A stretch of DNA of 46,780 nt from a virus (lineage: Duplodnaviria; Caudoviricetes), in the IMG/VR virus record IMGVR_UViG_3300050162_000282, positions 1 to 46,780 of that record; one strand, 5' to 3'. A program made the translations under genes and the position numbers. Position 1 is the first letter of the stretch, and every line of letters begins with the position of its first letter. Below, piece by piece: positions 15,919-25,927 of the stretch. The notes beneath the pieces are model-generated. The model did no database searches, was not told the DNA's origin, and saw only the letters and a program-made list of their open reading frames with translations.

Positions 15919-16503
15919 TTATTTACTTTCCCAAATTACTTTGAATTTATCTTTGGCTTCATAAAAATCAGAAGGTGCTACGTTTTGAACACCTAAAATT
16001 TCTCTTAGAGTGAAAGGCATTTCTTTACATGCCATAAAATAACAATAAAAATTTAACATTGAACAATAAAACGCTGTAATTTTAGTTATGCTAAACTCCA
16101 TATCAAATTTATACGGAAGTCCTTTTTGAGAAGCCGCAATCATTGGAACAACAATCATTTCTTCTTCTGTTGCAAATAATGGTTCGAGTAAAGCTATGCT
16201 TCTCTTCCCCATTATGAAATCAATCAAATCAGTTTCTTTAACACCGCCAACAGTTACGGCCTCAATCACAGTGTTTTTGTCTTTTACAATCGCAGTATGT
16301 TTGTATTTTCCAGGAATTAATAAATTTGAAAGTTCACCTGATTTTTTTGATAATAATGTTTGTCCAGGTTTTAATAAAGCTTGAACCTCTCTATAATCTT
16401 TAGATGTGATTCTAACCTTCATAAAAGGATCTTGAAAAATCCCAAGTGACTTTGAGCAGAATGAAACAATTTCTAAAAGTAAACGATGCAAAAAGTTTTT
16501 CAT
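15919..16503 (-). CDS. Permuted papain-like NlpC/P60 (YiiX/YebB-like) enzyme
   Basis: PG..HTAIV..VIEA...Y...FYCS order (His before Cys). Confidence 0.8.
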   Translation of the reverse strand: MKNFLHRLLLEIVSFCSKSLGIFQDPFMKVRITSKDYREVQALLKPGQTLLSKKSGELSNLLIPGKYKHTAIVKDKNTVIEAVTVGGVKETDLIDFIMGKRSIALLEPLFATEEEMIVVPMIAASQKGLPYKFDMEFSITKITAFYCSMLNFYCYFMACKEMPFTLREILGVQNVAPSDFYEAKDKFKVIWESK

Positions 16504-16946
16504 TGTAATACCTTATGAAGAGAGTAATTGATTTTTACATTAATAGGATTAGAGCAAGTGTTCTTGTAGGCAATTCTGATTTTAAGTCCGGCCGGAATTT
16601 TTGCAGGATAAGCAAGCTCCTTATTAATTCCACCCGCAACATACCAATCCATAAATTGATTTAACAAAGTATCTCCCATTAATACCTGGAATTTAACTTC
16701 ATCATCAGGGCAACTTGAAGGACTATACAAATTAGCACCTGTAAATAAACTGTCATCTGTTAAAGTTAAATCAATATTTTCAGTAGCACCTGCATTCACT
16801 GTGTAGGATGCTTTTTTTCCATCAAAGTTAACCATCTTTTTATCAATCATGTTCATATTCATAACATCATACGAGGTGCCAGAAGCAGCATACGAACTAC
16901 TAAAAGTAGTAGTTATTAGTAGTAAAATAGTAGATATAACTTTCAT
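16500..16946 (-). CDS. Secreted beta-rich protein in fibre cluster
   Basis: Signal peptide MKVISTILLLITTTFSSSYA; 2 Cys. Confidence 0.65.
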   Translation of the reverse strand: MKVISTILLLITTTFSSSYAASGTSYDVMNMNMIDKKMVNFDGKKASYTVNAGATENIDLTLTDDSLFTGANLYSPSSCPDDEVKFQVLMGDTLLNQFMDWYVAGGINKELAYPAKIPAGLKIRIAYKNTCSNPINVKINYSLHKVLQ

Positions 16947-16955
16947 GTAAACCTC

Positions 16956-17756
16956 TTAATATTCAAACCCAGATAAAACTACTGTATTATTTGATGTAGC
17001 TGAGCCAATTGCACTAACTCCAAAATATTGCCCATTAGTCCACTCAATCCCATCGGTAAAGCTCATGCAGTTAGAATTTGAAACGTTTGCAATTGCTATT
17101 CCTGTACCTGTTCCAACTGTTCCGACTAAAGGTGACGTAGTTGCAACCGTTGATGTGTTAGATCTCCTTAATTGAATTACAACTCCCTGAGCCGCGGCTC
17201 CAGCATTTCTTGCCGAGACGCACATTGATTGTAGTCTAAAAGTTTTCCCAGCTGTTGGTGTGAATGACGTTGCAGCTGTTCCAGCAACACCCTCAATGAT
17301 TGGTATTAAACTTAACATTGCTTCAGTTGTTGAACCTGTGAACGTTAGTGAGAATTGTCTATTTGTTCTTCCAGCGTCTAATAAGTTTTGAACCATGAAC
17401 CCATTAGTTCCTTGAACGCCTTTTTGAATCGTTGGTGCTTGAACAGTTCCAATTGAATTTGTTCCAGCATTTAAATTTACTCCGGCTGCGATTGCTGAAA
17501 GAGTTGATATTTCTGTTGCTTGATTGGCAGACGTGGCCGCACCCGATGGCAAGGGAAGTGATGCTGCACTTATTGCTTGGGTGCCTGGAAAATTTCCAAC
17601 ATTTACTGAGTCAGTGGTATTAATGAGCGACCAAGTTCTTCCAGTCGACCATGTACCAGATTGTGAAACACTTAATGGAGTATTTAATATTGATACTGAA
17701 TTTAAATAAGCGGCCCTTGCCGAAAAGGTTAATAAAAATAGTATTAGATATTTCAT
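16956..17756 (-). CDS. Secreted fibre-like protein
   Basis: Probable start MKYLILFLLTFSARA (signal peptide); AASLPLPSGAATSANQ fibre motif. Confidence 0.65.
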   Translation of the reverse strand: MKYLILFLLTFSARAAYLNSVSILNTPLSVSQSGTWSTGRTWSLINTTDSVNVGNFPGTQAISAASLPLPSGAATSANQATEISTLSAIAAGVNLNAGTNSIGTVQAPTIQKGVQGTNGFMVQNLLDAGRTNRQFSLTFTGSTTEAMLSLIPIIEGVAGTAATSFTPTAGKTFRLQSMCVSARNAGAAAQGVVIQLRRSNTSTVATTSPLVGTVGTGTGIAIANVSNSNCMSFTDGIEWTNGQYFGVSAIGSATSNNTVVLSGFEY

Positions 17757-17806
17757 GCTCTCATTCCCAAATAAGGCACGGACATTAATCCGTGCCATTT
17801 AATTTA

Positions 17807-18634
17807 TTATAAAATATTCCAATTAGTTCCATCTGAAACAAATTCAGCTGCAAGGTATTGACCATTAATTATACTTGTAGATGCTCCATCAATTAATCCG
17901 GCCGCTGTTCCAACTGTTACAATTCCAGTTCCAACGTTCTTAACGGTAATTGATAAACCAGAATTTCCTACCGGCGTAGGTAAAGTTAAAGTGAAAGTTC
18001 CGTTTGCTAAAACAACATCATTTGCAGCTGTAAGAGATTGTGCCGCTGAAACCGCTGAAACACCTCTAAAGCTTGCACCTGTTAATTTGACTCCTGCGAA
18101 TTGTGGCGTATCAGTTATTTTTAGGCCTGTAATATCTGCTTGAGCAAGAACAACTGCACCTGTGCGACCTGCAACGCTTGCAACCAAAGTTGCGTTATCA
18201 ATTTTATCCCACGCTGATCCATCATAAGTTAACCAATCTCCAATTCTATAAACTGTTCCCGAGATCGTCCCGGCCACGGATACAATATAGTAATAACCTT
18301 GTGCTGGTGAAGATGGATAAACACCCGTGCTAGCATCGTAAGCACCTTGATATTTTAACGCTCCAAGAATAGAAGCTGGCAATTGAGATGTAGGAACCTT
18401 CCCCGATGCATCTAATCCAGCAACTCCGTTAACTGCACCAATTAATGCATTAATTGCAGAAGTAAATCTTGCAGCTGTATAATATAAATTAGTTCCTTCT
18501 GGTAAGTCAGAAGTCGTAGATGATCCTGTAAAGACACCTGAAACAAATTTAGCAACGCCCGAAAAGCCTGTTAGTGTTAAGCCTGTAAAAGTAGGTGAAT
18601 CTTTTTTTCCCGTAAATTGTCCTGAATAACTCAT
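17807..18634 (-). CDS. Fibre protein
   Basis: NGVAGLDASGKVP, YQGAYDAS..GDW module, TLTLP..DG..W C-term. Confidence 0.75.
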   Translation of the reverse strand: MSYSGQFTGKKDSPTFTGLTLTGFSGVAKFVSGVFTGSSTTSDLPEGTNLYYTAARFTSAINALIGAVNGVAGLDASGKVPTSQLPASILGALKYQGAYDASTGVYPSSPAQGYYYIVSVAGTISGTVYRIGDWLTYDGSAWDKIDNATLVASVAGRTGAVVLAQADITGLKITDTPQFAGVKLTGASFRGVSAVSAAQSLTAANDVVLANGTFTLTLPTPVGNSGLSITVKNVGTGIVTVGTAAGLIDGASTSIINGQYLAAEFVSDGTNWNIL

Positions 18635-18655
18635 TTTAAACTCCTTTTAAAATAA

Positions 18656-19054
18656 TTAAATAACGAAATAGCTCATGCCGTTGCTTACAAAGTTTAAAAC
18701 CTCGTATTGATTTCTAATCTCAAAAAATGTCTCTCCATCAATGGATTGACCGCTAATATTTAAGAGGATATTTAAAACACCCACCCCTATATTTTTAATT
18801 GTATAAATATGACCTTTATTTTGAAGAGCATCTGGAAGCGTGATGTTTATATCTCCAGAGGCAATGATTATATTTTCACTAGAAAGTAATACTGAACTTG
18901 AAATAATTGAAACTGAATTAACCGAACTTGTATTTAAGATTCTTGGTTGCCCATCACTAAACATCACATAGACAACACCCATAATGGCATATAGCTCATA
19001 AGAGCCATCTCTAGGTGCACTTGGATGATCGGTGTATTCGTCTATTAAAAGCAT
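18656..19054 (-). CDS. Fibre module protein
   Basis: C-term paralogous to that of 17807..18634. Confidence 0.6.
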   Translation of the reverse strand: MLLIDEYTDHPSAPRDGSYELYAIMGVVYVMFSDGQPRILNTSSVNSVSIISSSVLLSSENIIIASGDINITLPDALQNKGHIYTIKNIGVGVLNILLNISGQSIDGETFFEIRNQYEVLNFVSNGMSYFVI

Positions 19055-19055
19055 T

Positions 19056-19304
19056 TTACCTTTCCACTACAAGTTGCCCATGAGCAATAACTTTGCCCAT
19101 AATTCTAAATTTACCTCTAACAATCATTTGCTGATTTTCTGGAATTGTTAAAGTTTCACCTTTCCTTATTAATCGAAAAGAAAAGTTAAAATGGTTATCA
19201 ACGTAATTCTTATTTGCTACGTCATATAAATTTATTGGATCAGGCGAATTAATAATTCGCCCTTCACCATTTAAATTTAAATCTGTTTCAATGTTTTTTG
19301 CCAT
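19056..19304 (-). CDS. Small fibre module protein
   Basis: DVANKNYVD motif; N-term shared with next gene. Confidence 0.6.
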   Translation of the reverse strand: MAKNIETDLNLNGEGRIINSPDPINLYDVANKNYVDNHFNFSFRLIRKGETLTIPENQQMIVRGKFRIMGKVIAHGQLVVER

Positions 19305-19987
19305 TAGCTAGCTGAACCCAACATTTCAACTACGACTGCAGTTAGAGATCTCTTTGCGGTTAGAATTCTTTGGTTAGGGTTTGTCCCTTTTTTAATTTCA
19401 AGAATAATTTCTTCACCCACTGAATTGTAACATTGGATAGAAAATAGATCGACGAAAGATGCCGCTGATACTGTTAGCGGAGTGTTTGCTACTAGGTTCA
19501 CCGTTTGTCTTTCTTTTTTAACGTTCCCCAAAAGAGTTTCGTTAATATTTCTTTGAATCCCAATCCAGTGAGAAGCATTGGCCGGATCTGTTCCAACAAA
19601 TTTTAAAACGTCACCTACTGCTAAGTGAGCTTCTCCGCCCATCAATCCAGCAATATCACCAGCAACAGAAATATCCCAATAGTCACCACGACGAATTACT
19701 GTATCGCTATCAATTAAATTTGCAACGGTTGGCAATGCTCCACTTGATGCATCAAATGCACCTTGAGATTGACCAATTTGATTTATTTGTTGCTGTACAT
19801 AAGCCTCATCTGCAAGCACATGAATCGTAGTACCGTCATAAAATTTCTTCTTCTTTTGAGATGTATTGATCCAATGTCTTCCTGCGAATAAATCAACACC
19901 TGTGGGATCTACTGAGAGCATTTCCCATGCATCACCTAAGATGCTATTGCCATTCAAAATTAAATCTGTTTCTACCGATTTTCCCAC
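19304..19987 (-). CDS. Fibre protein
   Basis: QGAFDASSG..GDYWDISVAG module. Confidence 0.65.
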   Translation of the reverse strand: MGKSVETDLILNGNSILGDAWEMLSVDPTGVDLFAGRHWINTSQKKKKFYDGTTIHVLADEAYVQQQINQIGQSQGAFDASSGALPTVANLIDSDTVIRRGDYWDISVAGDIAGLMGGEAHLAVGDVLKFVGTDPANASHWIGIQRNINETLLGNVKKERQTVNLVANTPLTVSAASFVDLFSIQCYNSVGEEIILEIKKGTNPNQRILTAKRSLTAVVVEMLGSAS

Positions 19988-20002
19988 TATCCTCTCCTTG
20001 GA

Positions 20003-20386
20003 TTAATATCCTAAAACATGGACATTATATGTTTTTAAAATGCTTGATTTAACATCAACTGTGTTATCGATATTAATTCTCGTATCAATTTCAACTTTCT
20101 CTCTGTTGCGTTGATCGTAAACAATGACATCAACAACGCCTTTAATTATTTGAAGTGGTACATTATGCCATTCACCAACTTCACTAATTGTTATTGCAAC
20201 TGTTTCAAATCCCCCTGGCGGCCCTGGATCACCCTTAGGCCCTTGAATAACTTCACCTGCTAGAACTTTTTCTCTAACAGTTAGTCTTTCAATGCTCGGT
20301 ATTTTTATTAAACGTTCATTGCTATTCAAATCATTAGATTTAATAATCACTCTTGATGAATTATTAATTAAATCTAAGTCACTCAC
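20003..20386 (-). CDS. Fibre-associated protein with short collagen motif
   Basis: GPKGDPGPPG. Confidence 0.55.
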   Translation of the reverse strand: MSDLDLINNSSRVIIKSNDLNSNERLIKIPSIERLTVREKVLAGEVIQGPKGDPGPPGGFETVAITISEVGEWHNVPLQIIKGVVDVIVYDQRNREKVEIDTRINIDNTVDVKSSILKTYNVHVLGY

Positions 20387-20766
20387 GCCGTGATTCTTCC
20401 AATGATGTCAAATGATCCATATATAAAACTGATTACAAAACCTTCTGGAGTTGTTAGTTCTAAGTCGTATTTATAAGAACCTGGCACTAATGCAGATGTA
20501 TCACTTGCAGAAATCTTTAGAATTATTTTCCCGTTTAATGAATCAAAAGTTATTCTATTATTAGCAGTTGAAAGCTCAATTATTAAAGATGATCCAACGT
20601 CTTTTCTAACTTGCATCTTTGCGGAAAAACCAGTTAGATCAACAGGTGAAAAGACATCATCTGAAACTTCTTTTTCCCAAATAAGCTCATAGTAGAAAGT
20701 TGCTCCCTTTTCACAGGCAGTACTTCCACATTCCCCTTTTACGAAATTAAACTTCTGTGCAGACAC
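20383..20766 (-). CDS. Fibre-anchoring adaptor protein
   Basis: PVDLTGFSAKMQVR...YKYDLEL motif common in virion adaptors. Confidence 0.65.
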   Translation of the reverse strand: MSAQKFNFVKGECGSTACEKGATFYYELIWEKEVSDDVFSPVDLTGFSAKMQVRKDVGSSLIIELSTANNRITFDSLNGKIILKISASDTSALVPGSYKYDLELTTPEGFVISFIYGSFDIIGRITA

Positions 20767-20767
20767 A

Positions 20768-21001
20768 TTACACCTCGATCTTCGTTTCTATCTTTGTAAT
20801 TCGTCCTTCGTGATGCTCCATCTCTTTGACTACAACTGCGAGCTGAATACTAAGTTCTTGAACATTTTCTTTAAGCTCAATAGCGACTTGCTTTGTTTCT
20901 TTCATTTCTGAACGCATGCTATTCATAATCCAGACAATTAAAAAGCCAATCACGGTAAACAAAATGCTTAAGAAGAATAAAAAAATCTCAATATTATCCA
21001 T
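20768..21001 (-). CDS. Single-TM coiled-coil protein (holin-like)
   Basis: N-term TM, HEGRITKIE C-term. Confidence 0.55.
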   Translation of the reverse strand: MDNIEIFLFFLSILFTVIGFLIVWIMNSMRSEMKETKQVAIELKENVQELSIQLAVVVKEMEHHEGRITKIETKIEV

Positions 21002-21011
21002 CTAAAAAATC

Positions 21012-22703
21012 CTAGTACGTTGCTTGGCAATTTAATAAACCGTAAGAATTAACCGCTGTTGCACCTGTATAAGTCGAAAATGTAAAAGTGTTAGCATTAA
21101 CATTTTGTGCATTTATAAAACCAGTTGCCATTGCTGTTGTTCCATTCCAACCATTCACTGAGCACCAAAGCGACTTATATGATTTTGCAGTCGTCATTGT
21201 GTAAACTGTTCCCGATGCTGAAATTGAAGAAACGGTTGTTCCAGGTTGAGACAAGTAAGCACATGCTCCACTAGTACAGTTTGTGTTTGAAGTTGCTCCA
21301 TAAGACACAGTAAAGAAGTCTGTTCTAACTGCACCAGGAGACATCAACATATCTCTTGATTGAATAATTTGTTGTGAAGTTCTAGCCGATAAATAATCAG
21401 CTCCATTCTTTCTGCACATAATTGTAAATGGGAATGCTAAGTTTGCAGCCGATAAAGATTGCAAGGTTCTAACAGTTACTCCAGAAGAAGTAGGAGCTAC
21501 TTCAGAAAATACTACCGCCGCACCACTGATATTTATTGTGTAAAAACAAGTTGGAGCCGTTGTAAAAACTCCCGAAGTAAATGTAATTGCAAAAGTTGAT
21601 GTATTTGACAATGATGCATTTCCATTGATCCAACCAAGCCCATCGTTTGACTTAATTCCGGCATTTGAAAAGTCTGCCGTTAAAACCGTCTCGCAGCTAA
21701 GTGGATTATCACATCTAGTTGTAAAAGCTCCATCAGTTGAAGCAAGTTCAGCTATTGGAAGGTTGTATATTTCAAAGAAAATAACTTCTGATGTGTTAAA
21801 AATTGCAGTAGCGTTTTGTGCAACTAGAGGGTTTGCTGTTAAACCTGCACCTTCAGCACCAAACTCAATATAATTGTTCCCTGTAATAGCAAGAACGTTA
21901 CCTCCAAGTGGAGAGCTTTCTCCCCTATTTCTCTTAAATGTTCCAACAACAAAAGTTCCAGCAACGTTTTGAGCGCCAATCGTATAATTATTTGGGAGAC
22001 TTATTCTTGCAGGTGATGCCGCTAATGATCCCGCTGCAAATCTACATTTAGCTGAAAGATACATTCCATTTAAACTATATGAACAAGATGTCGTATTGAT
22101 TGAACCGAAAGAACCATTTGGCGATGTTGGAGTAAAAGCAGTTGGAGCTTTTACGGTTTGCCCCTGTGCAAGTAAAGGGCGATCTTTTAAAGTGGCCTTA
22201 TCAACATAAACAGTAGTTGCACTTGAACCGCTTAAGCGAATTCCATTTGAAGAGTTTCCATACTGTGGATATACAACCATTCTTTGAGGTAGACCTGCAC
22301 CTGTGTATTGCATGCAACCATTAGCTGTTGAGGTCGCCAAAACATTTGAGTCCATAAAAGGACATAACCAAATATCAGTTGCAGCTGATTGAACCCAAAT
22401 TGCTACTTCAGCATTTTGACCAGCTTTTCCTGTTGCATACTTCGTTAACGATTGCGAGAGTGTCCACGATCCACTAGTGACAAGTGCCGCCGACTTCGCT
22501 CCTTCTTGAAGGTTAATAGTAGAGCTTGTAAATGAAGTAACACCAGTTGTAACCCATCCGGCCTTTCCATTTTCAAAACCGCCATTAGTTAAAAGATTCA
22601 GCTCAACATATTGCCCATCAGTTGGAGCTAGTTGAGCAAAGGTAAAATTAATTGCACAAATTAAAAAACAAAATGTCGCAATTAAATGTTTAAAATATTT
22701 CAT
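21012..22703 (-). CDS. Secreted multidomain adhesin/receptor-binding-like protein
   Basis: Signal peptide ending TFA; NLLTNGGFENG CBM-like domain; 12 Cys in mature part. Confidence 0.65.
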   Translation of the reverse strand: MKYFKHLIATFCFLICAINFTFAQLAPTDGQYVELNLLTNGGFENGKAGWVTTGVTSFTSSTINLQEGAKSAALVTSGSWTLSQSLTKYATGKAGQNAEVAIWVQSAATDIWLCPFMDSNVLATSTANGCMQYTGAGLPQRMVVYPQYGNSSNGIRLSGSSATTVYVDKATLKDRPLLAQGQTVKAPTAFTPTSPNGSFGSINTTSCSYSLNGMYLSAKCRFAAGSLAASPARISLPNNYTIGAQNVAGTFVVGTFKRNRGESSPLGGNVLAITGNNYIEFGAEGAGLTANPLVAQNATAIFNTSEVIFFEIYNLPIAELASTDGAFTTRCDNPLSCETVLTADFSNAGIKSNDGLGWINGNASLSNTSTFAITFTSGVFTTAPTCFYTINISGAAVVFSEVAPTSSGVTVRTLQSLSAANLAFPFTIMCRKNGADYLSARTSQQIIQSRDMLMSPGAVRTDFFTVSYGATSNTNCTSGACAYLSQPGTTVSSISASGTVYTMTTAKSYKSLWCSVNGWNGTTAMATGFINAQNVNANTFTFSTYTGATAVNSYGLLNCQATY

Positions 22704-22721
22704 CGGGATAATCCTCCGTAA

Positions 22722-23843
22722 TTAACTAAAAATTAATTCTGTAGTACTTGGAAGCATACGAACGTCTTCAGTATCTTCAGTCGATAAAGTTGCAACTCTT
22801 GTTAGTGTCACAAGAACCAAATCACCACTTTCAATCGCTACACTTCCAACAGATCCATTCGAAGCAGATAAGTCGTATTGAATTTCAATATTTTTAAAAG
22901 AAGAAGAATTTGATACTTCTGAATTTGTAGAATTATAAATATTGGCACTTGAATTTATCGAATCAACACCCTTCTTAATTAAAGAAGATGTTGTTTTAAA
23001 CTTAAATGAGTTAGATGAGCTTGGTGAATAATGCGTAAGCTTCATCTTAATTTGTGTCCCTTGCACATAAGAGCTAGGAACTTTGACTAAATAGCAGCAT
23101 GCTTGACTTGCACCTTGAGAAAATAGCAATGCCTTAGCACCATATTCAATTGCCTCAATAGGTGATACTCCCTCAACTCCTGCCCATGAAGCTCCGCCGC
23201 CCGCACCACCTCCGCCGCCTGATCCGAATGATGAATATCTAACTCCATCATTTGAAAACTCTAACAATGAAGATGATTGATTGAATCTAATAAATGAAGA
23301 TCCAATTTTCATTTTAGAAGGAATAAAAGAAACATCTGTAACTTGTGAAACGTTTGTATCAAGCAATTGGGATTGCCCTGCAATTGTTGAAATTAGACCA
23401 AGAGAAATATTTGAGCTTGTTTGCCCTGGAGCAACTGGAGTTGCACCTGCAGTACCTTGAACAACATTTATTGAAGGAACATAAACTTTATCTAATATTA
23501 GATTGTTGCTATTTATATCAACTACTGTTGTATTGTTTGTAGTTAAGTAACTTAACTCAATTCTATCAATTCTAGGATTAGTTGAGTTTGCTGCCGGAAC
23601 TGTAAAATTTAATTCAGGAAAAGTAACTAATTGGCCGTCTGGAAACATTGCAACCCCTGACGAAATCTTTGCTTGCATTCCACTTACGATAGAAATTTTT
23701 CCACCAGAAATAATTCCATAAGTTCTAGTTCCACCCAATACAGATGAAAGCATGCTTGTCATGTAAGTTTGAAATAACTCCATGTCGCTTGGTTGAACCA
23801 TATAGGCGGCAAGGTTTTGCCAATTCATTTTTCCTAGAGTCAT
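22722..23843 (-). CDS. Baseplate-attached tail fibre protein
   Basis: Follows baseplate genes; NPRIDRI motif, Gly hinge. Confidence 0.7.
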   Translation of the reverse strand: MTLGKMNWQNLAAYMVQPSDMELFQTYMTSMLSSVLGGTRTYGIISGGKISIVSGMQAKISSGVAMFPDGQLVTFPELNFTVPAANSTNPRIDRIELSYLTTNNTTVVDINSNNLILDKVYVPSINVVQGTAGATPVAPGQTSSNISLGLISTIAGQSQLLDTNVSQVTDVSFIPSKMKIGSSFIRFNQSSSLLEFSNDGVRYSSFGSGGGGGAGGGASWAGVEGVSPIEAIEYGAKALLFSQGASQACCYLVKVPSSYVQGTQIKMKLTHYSPSSSNSFKFKTTSSLIKKGVDSINSSANIYNSTNSEVSNSSSFKNIEIQYDLSASNGSVGSVAIESGDLVLVTLTRVATLSTEDTEDVRMLPSTTELIFS

Positions 23844-23844
23844 A

Positions 23845-24474
23845 TTAATTAGCTCCTAATGTTGAATTTATTCCGAGAGCGACATTCCCCATAATCCATC
23901 TACGCGCTGGAGCAAAAACTTTGTGTCGCGATCCTGCTTTTTCGATTATCGTCAATCTCTCATCGAGTTTTTTTAAGAGTGTGGAATCAACAGGTGCAGT
24001 GAACGAAACGAGATAAAAACCCGTCGTTGATTCACCGCCTGTAAAAATAGTTGATGCTCCCAAGGTTGATTGTCCTAGAGTAAAGCCAAACTTGTTTACG
24101 TTTCTTGTAACAACCGGACGAACGCCTGTAATCGATCTTGATAAATCAATTACGCCTTGTACATTCATGTGAAATCTTTTATTGAATTTAATAAGTAATT
24201 CATCGACTCTTGTTTGAAGATCAACTCCGGATTTCACAAAGCCGAAATACTCATTCTCCCAATCATCAATAGCTAGATTTGTAACCGTTTCGGGATACAT
24301 ATTAGCTTGAAGCTCTTCAACGGTTTCTCTTGCACGTGCCAAAAGTCTTGCATAAATGCGATTATGAATTGAGTTTATTGAAGAATTAACATCAGTGTTT
24401 TCTGAGTAATCCTTATAGAAAACTGGATGATCAGTTCGAACAAGTAATTCATAATATGTTTGCTCTTTACTCAT
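23845..24474 (-). CDS. Baseplate wedge protein (Mu gp48/DUF2313-like)
   Basis: PET..IDDWE motif; synteny. Confidence 0.65.
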   Translation of the reverse strand: MSKEQTYYELLVRTDHPVFYKDYSENTDVNSSINSIHNRIYARLLARARETVEELQANMYPETVTNLAIDDWENEYFGFVKSGVDLQTRVDELLIKFNKRFHMNVQGVIDLSRSITGVRPVVTRNVNKFGFTLGQSTLGASTIFTGGESTTGFYLVSFTAPVDSTLLKKLDERLTIIEKAGSRHKVFAPARRWIMGNVALGINSTLGAN

Positions 24475-24477
24475 TTT

Positions 24478-25614
24478 CTAAAACGCCTGTATTGTAATCG
24501 TTCCAGGTGTTAAAATATTCACACTTGGAACAATGTAATATGAAGTAGAAGAATCTAAGTCTCCACACTTTCTTTCTTTAATTAAATTTCCAATTGATTG
24601 ATCTACAAGACGCTCGATTGCTGAAGGCGTAAGCGTATCTTCAGGTCTTGCTTTGTATAAATAAACTTGAATAATCTTTCTAATAACTCCATCGCAATAA
24701 CTTCTCATTGCAACCGATTCTTCATAAAGTGAATATTTGAAAATTAAATCTTTTGATAATTCAATCGGAGCTTTCGTAATGTGATCATCGGTAACTGGAT
24801 TCAAGGCAAGGATGTATGCTTGAACGGTATTAATCAAGGTTTGACTTGGTAATCTATTTACTGGCAATCCATTTTCAACTGCCGATTGAATGTCCGTTGT
24901 GCCTGAAGTGATGTAAGTATCAACACTGTCAACACCTCTAGGCCGTCTAATTGTCTTTGCAGTTACAACTTCATTACTTGCTTCTTTTGCCCATGTTTCA
25001 TAGGCCGTTGCATTTCCGCCTGTATTGTCATCTTGATCATGGGCCATAATTCTCGCAAGCATTTCGCTTGGAGTTTCAAGATCTCGCCCGTCAAGAAAAA
25101 GTGTTTCACTTGAACAGCTATTACTCACGCCTGTAATTGGCGTAGATAAAACAAATGGCTCACCCGTTGAATCTAAATTTTTATCAGTACCAGTTTCAAT
25201 CGATTCACAAAAAACTGAAACAAAACCAGCACTGCCAATTGTTGCTTCTTGAATCGTTTGGTAAATTGCTCCATCCTTTACTCTTTTAACTTGAGTATAA
25301 AGAGGAATAAAGCTCCCATTAGATCCACTGAAAACAATTTTACCGTGGGATTTTTGCGGCTGTATTTGATCTTCTAACAATCGCGTCTTTAAATGCTTTC
25401 TTAAAGCTAAAGTTGACGCTGTAACTGGAAATATATCATTTGCCGTTCTTTGCAGCTCAGAGTAAAACGCAGACAAAGGGCCTGCATAAGTGTACATCTT
25501 AATTACGTGAGGGTTATCTATTTGTCCTGGAGATAATGTAACTTGAGTTATTGATTTAAACTCATCACATGCCTCTTGAACTATTTCACTTGTAGATTTA
25601 AAAACACTAGCCAC
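24478..25614 (-). CDS. Baseplate J-like protein (Mu gp47)
   Basis: GRDLET..MLAR..GGNATAYETWAKE. Confidence 0.9.
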   Translation of the reverse strand: MASVFKSTSEIVQEACDEFKSITQVTLSPGQIDNPHVIKMYTYAGPLSAFYSELQRTANDIFPVTASTLALRKHLKTRLLEDQIQPQKSHGKIVFSGSNGSFIPLYTQVKRVKDGAIYQTIQEATIGSAGFVSVFCESIETGTDKNLDSTGEPFVLSTPITGVSNSCSSETLFLDGRDLETPSEMLARIMAHDQDDNTGGNATAYETWAKEASNEVVTAKTIRRPRGVDSVDTYITSGTTDIQSAVENGLPVNRLPSQTLINTVQAYILALNPVTDDHITKAPIELSKDLIFKYSLYEESVAMRSYCDGVIRKIIQVYLYKARPEDTLTPSAIERLVDQSIGNLIKERKCGDLDSSTSYYIVPSVNILTPGTITIQAF

Positions 25615-25927
25615 TGATTGTCTCTCTTGTTATCAATGCCTGTATCGAAGAAACTCCACGACTCGTAAATCGATCAGTTATTTGTGGGCCATAAGGAGAT
25701 AGGTAAAACTTAACTTCTTTTTCGAATTCTTGAATTTTTGATTCTGTCGCTTTTACGTTATTGAATCTTTTTAATTCATGTCCTGAGTTTGGAGCATACA
25801 ACCAGTCACCTTTATTTAGTGCTAATGCAACTCTTGCAAGCCAAACTGGATGCTCGCTTGATTTTGGATTTAAAGTTCCTTCATCTACAATTATTTTCCC
25901 ATCAACATCTATTTGCTCAATAATCAT
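25607..25927 (-). CDS. Baseplate protein (gp46/gp25-like)
   Basis: GDW..P..G motif; synteny. Confidence 0.55.
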   Translation of the reverse strand: MIIEQIDVDGKIIVDEGTLNPKSSEHPVWLARVALALNKGDWLYAPNSGHELKRFNNVKATESKIQEFEKEVKFYLSPYGPQITDRFTSRGVSSIQALITRETISG

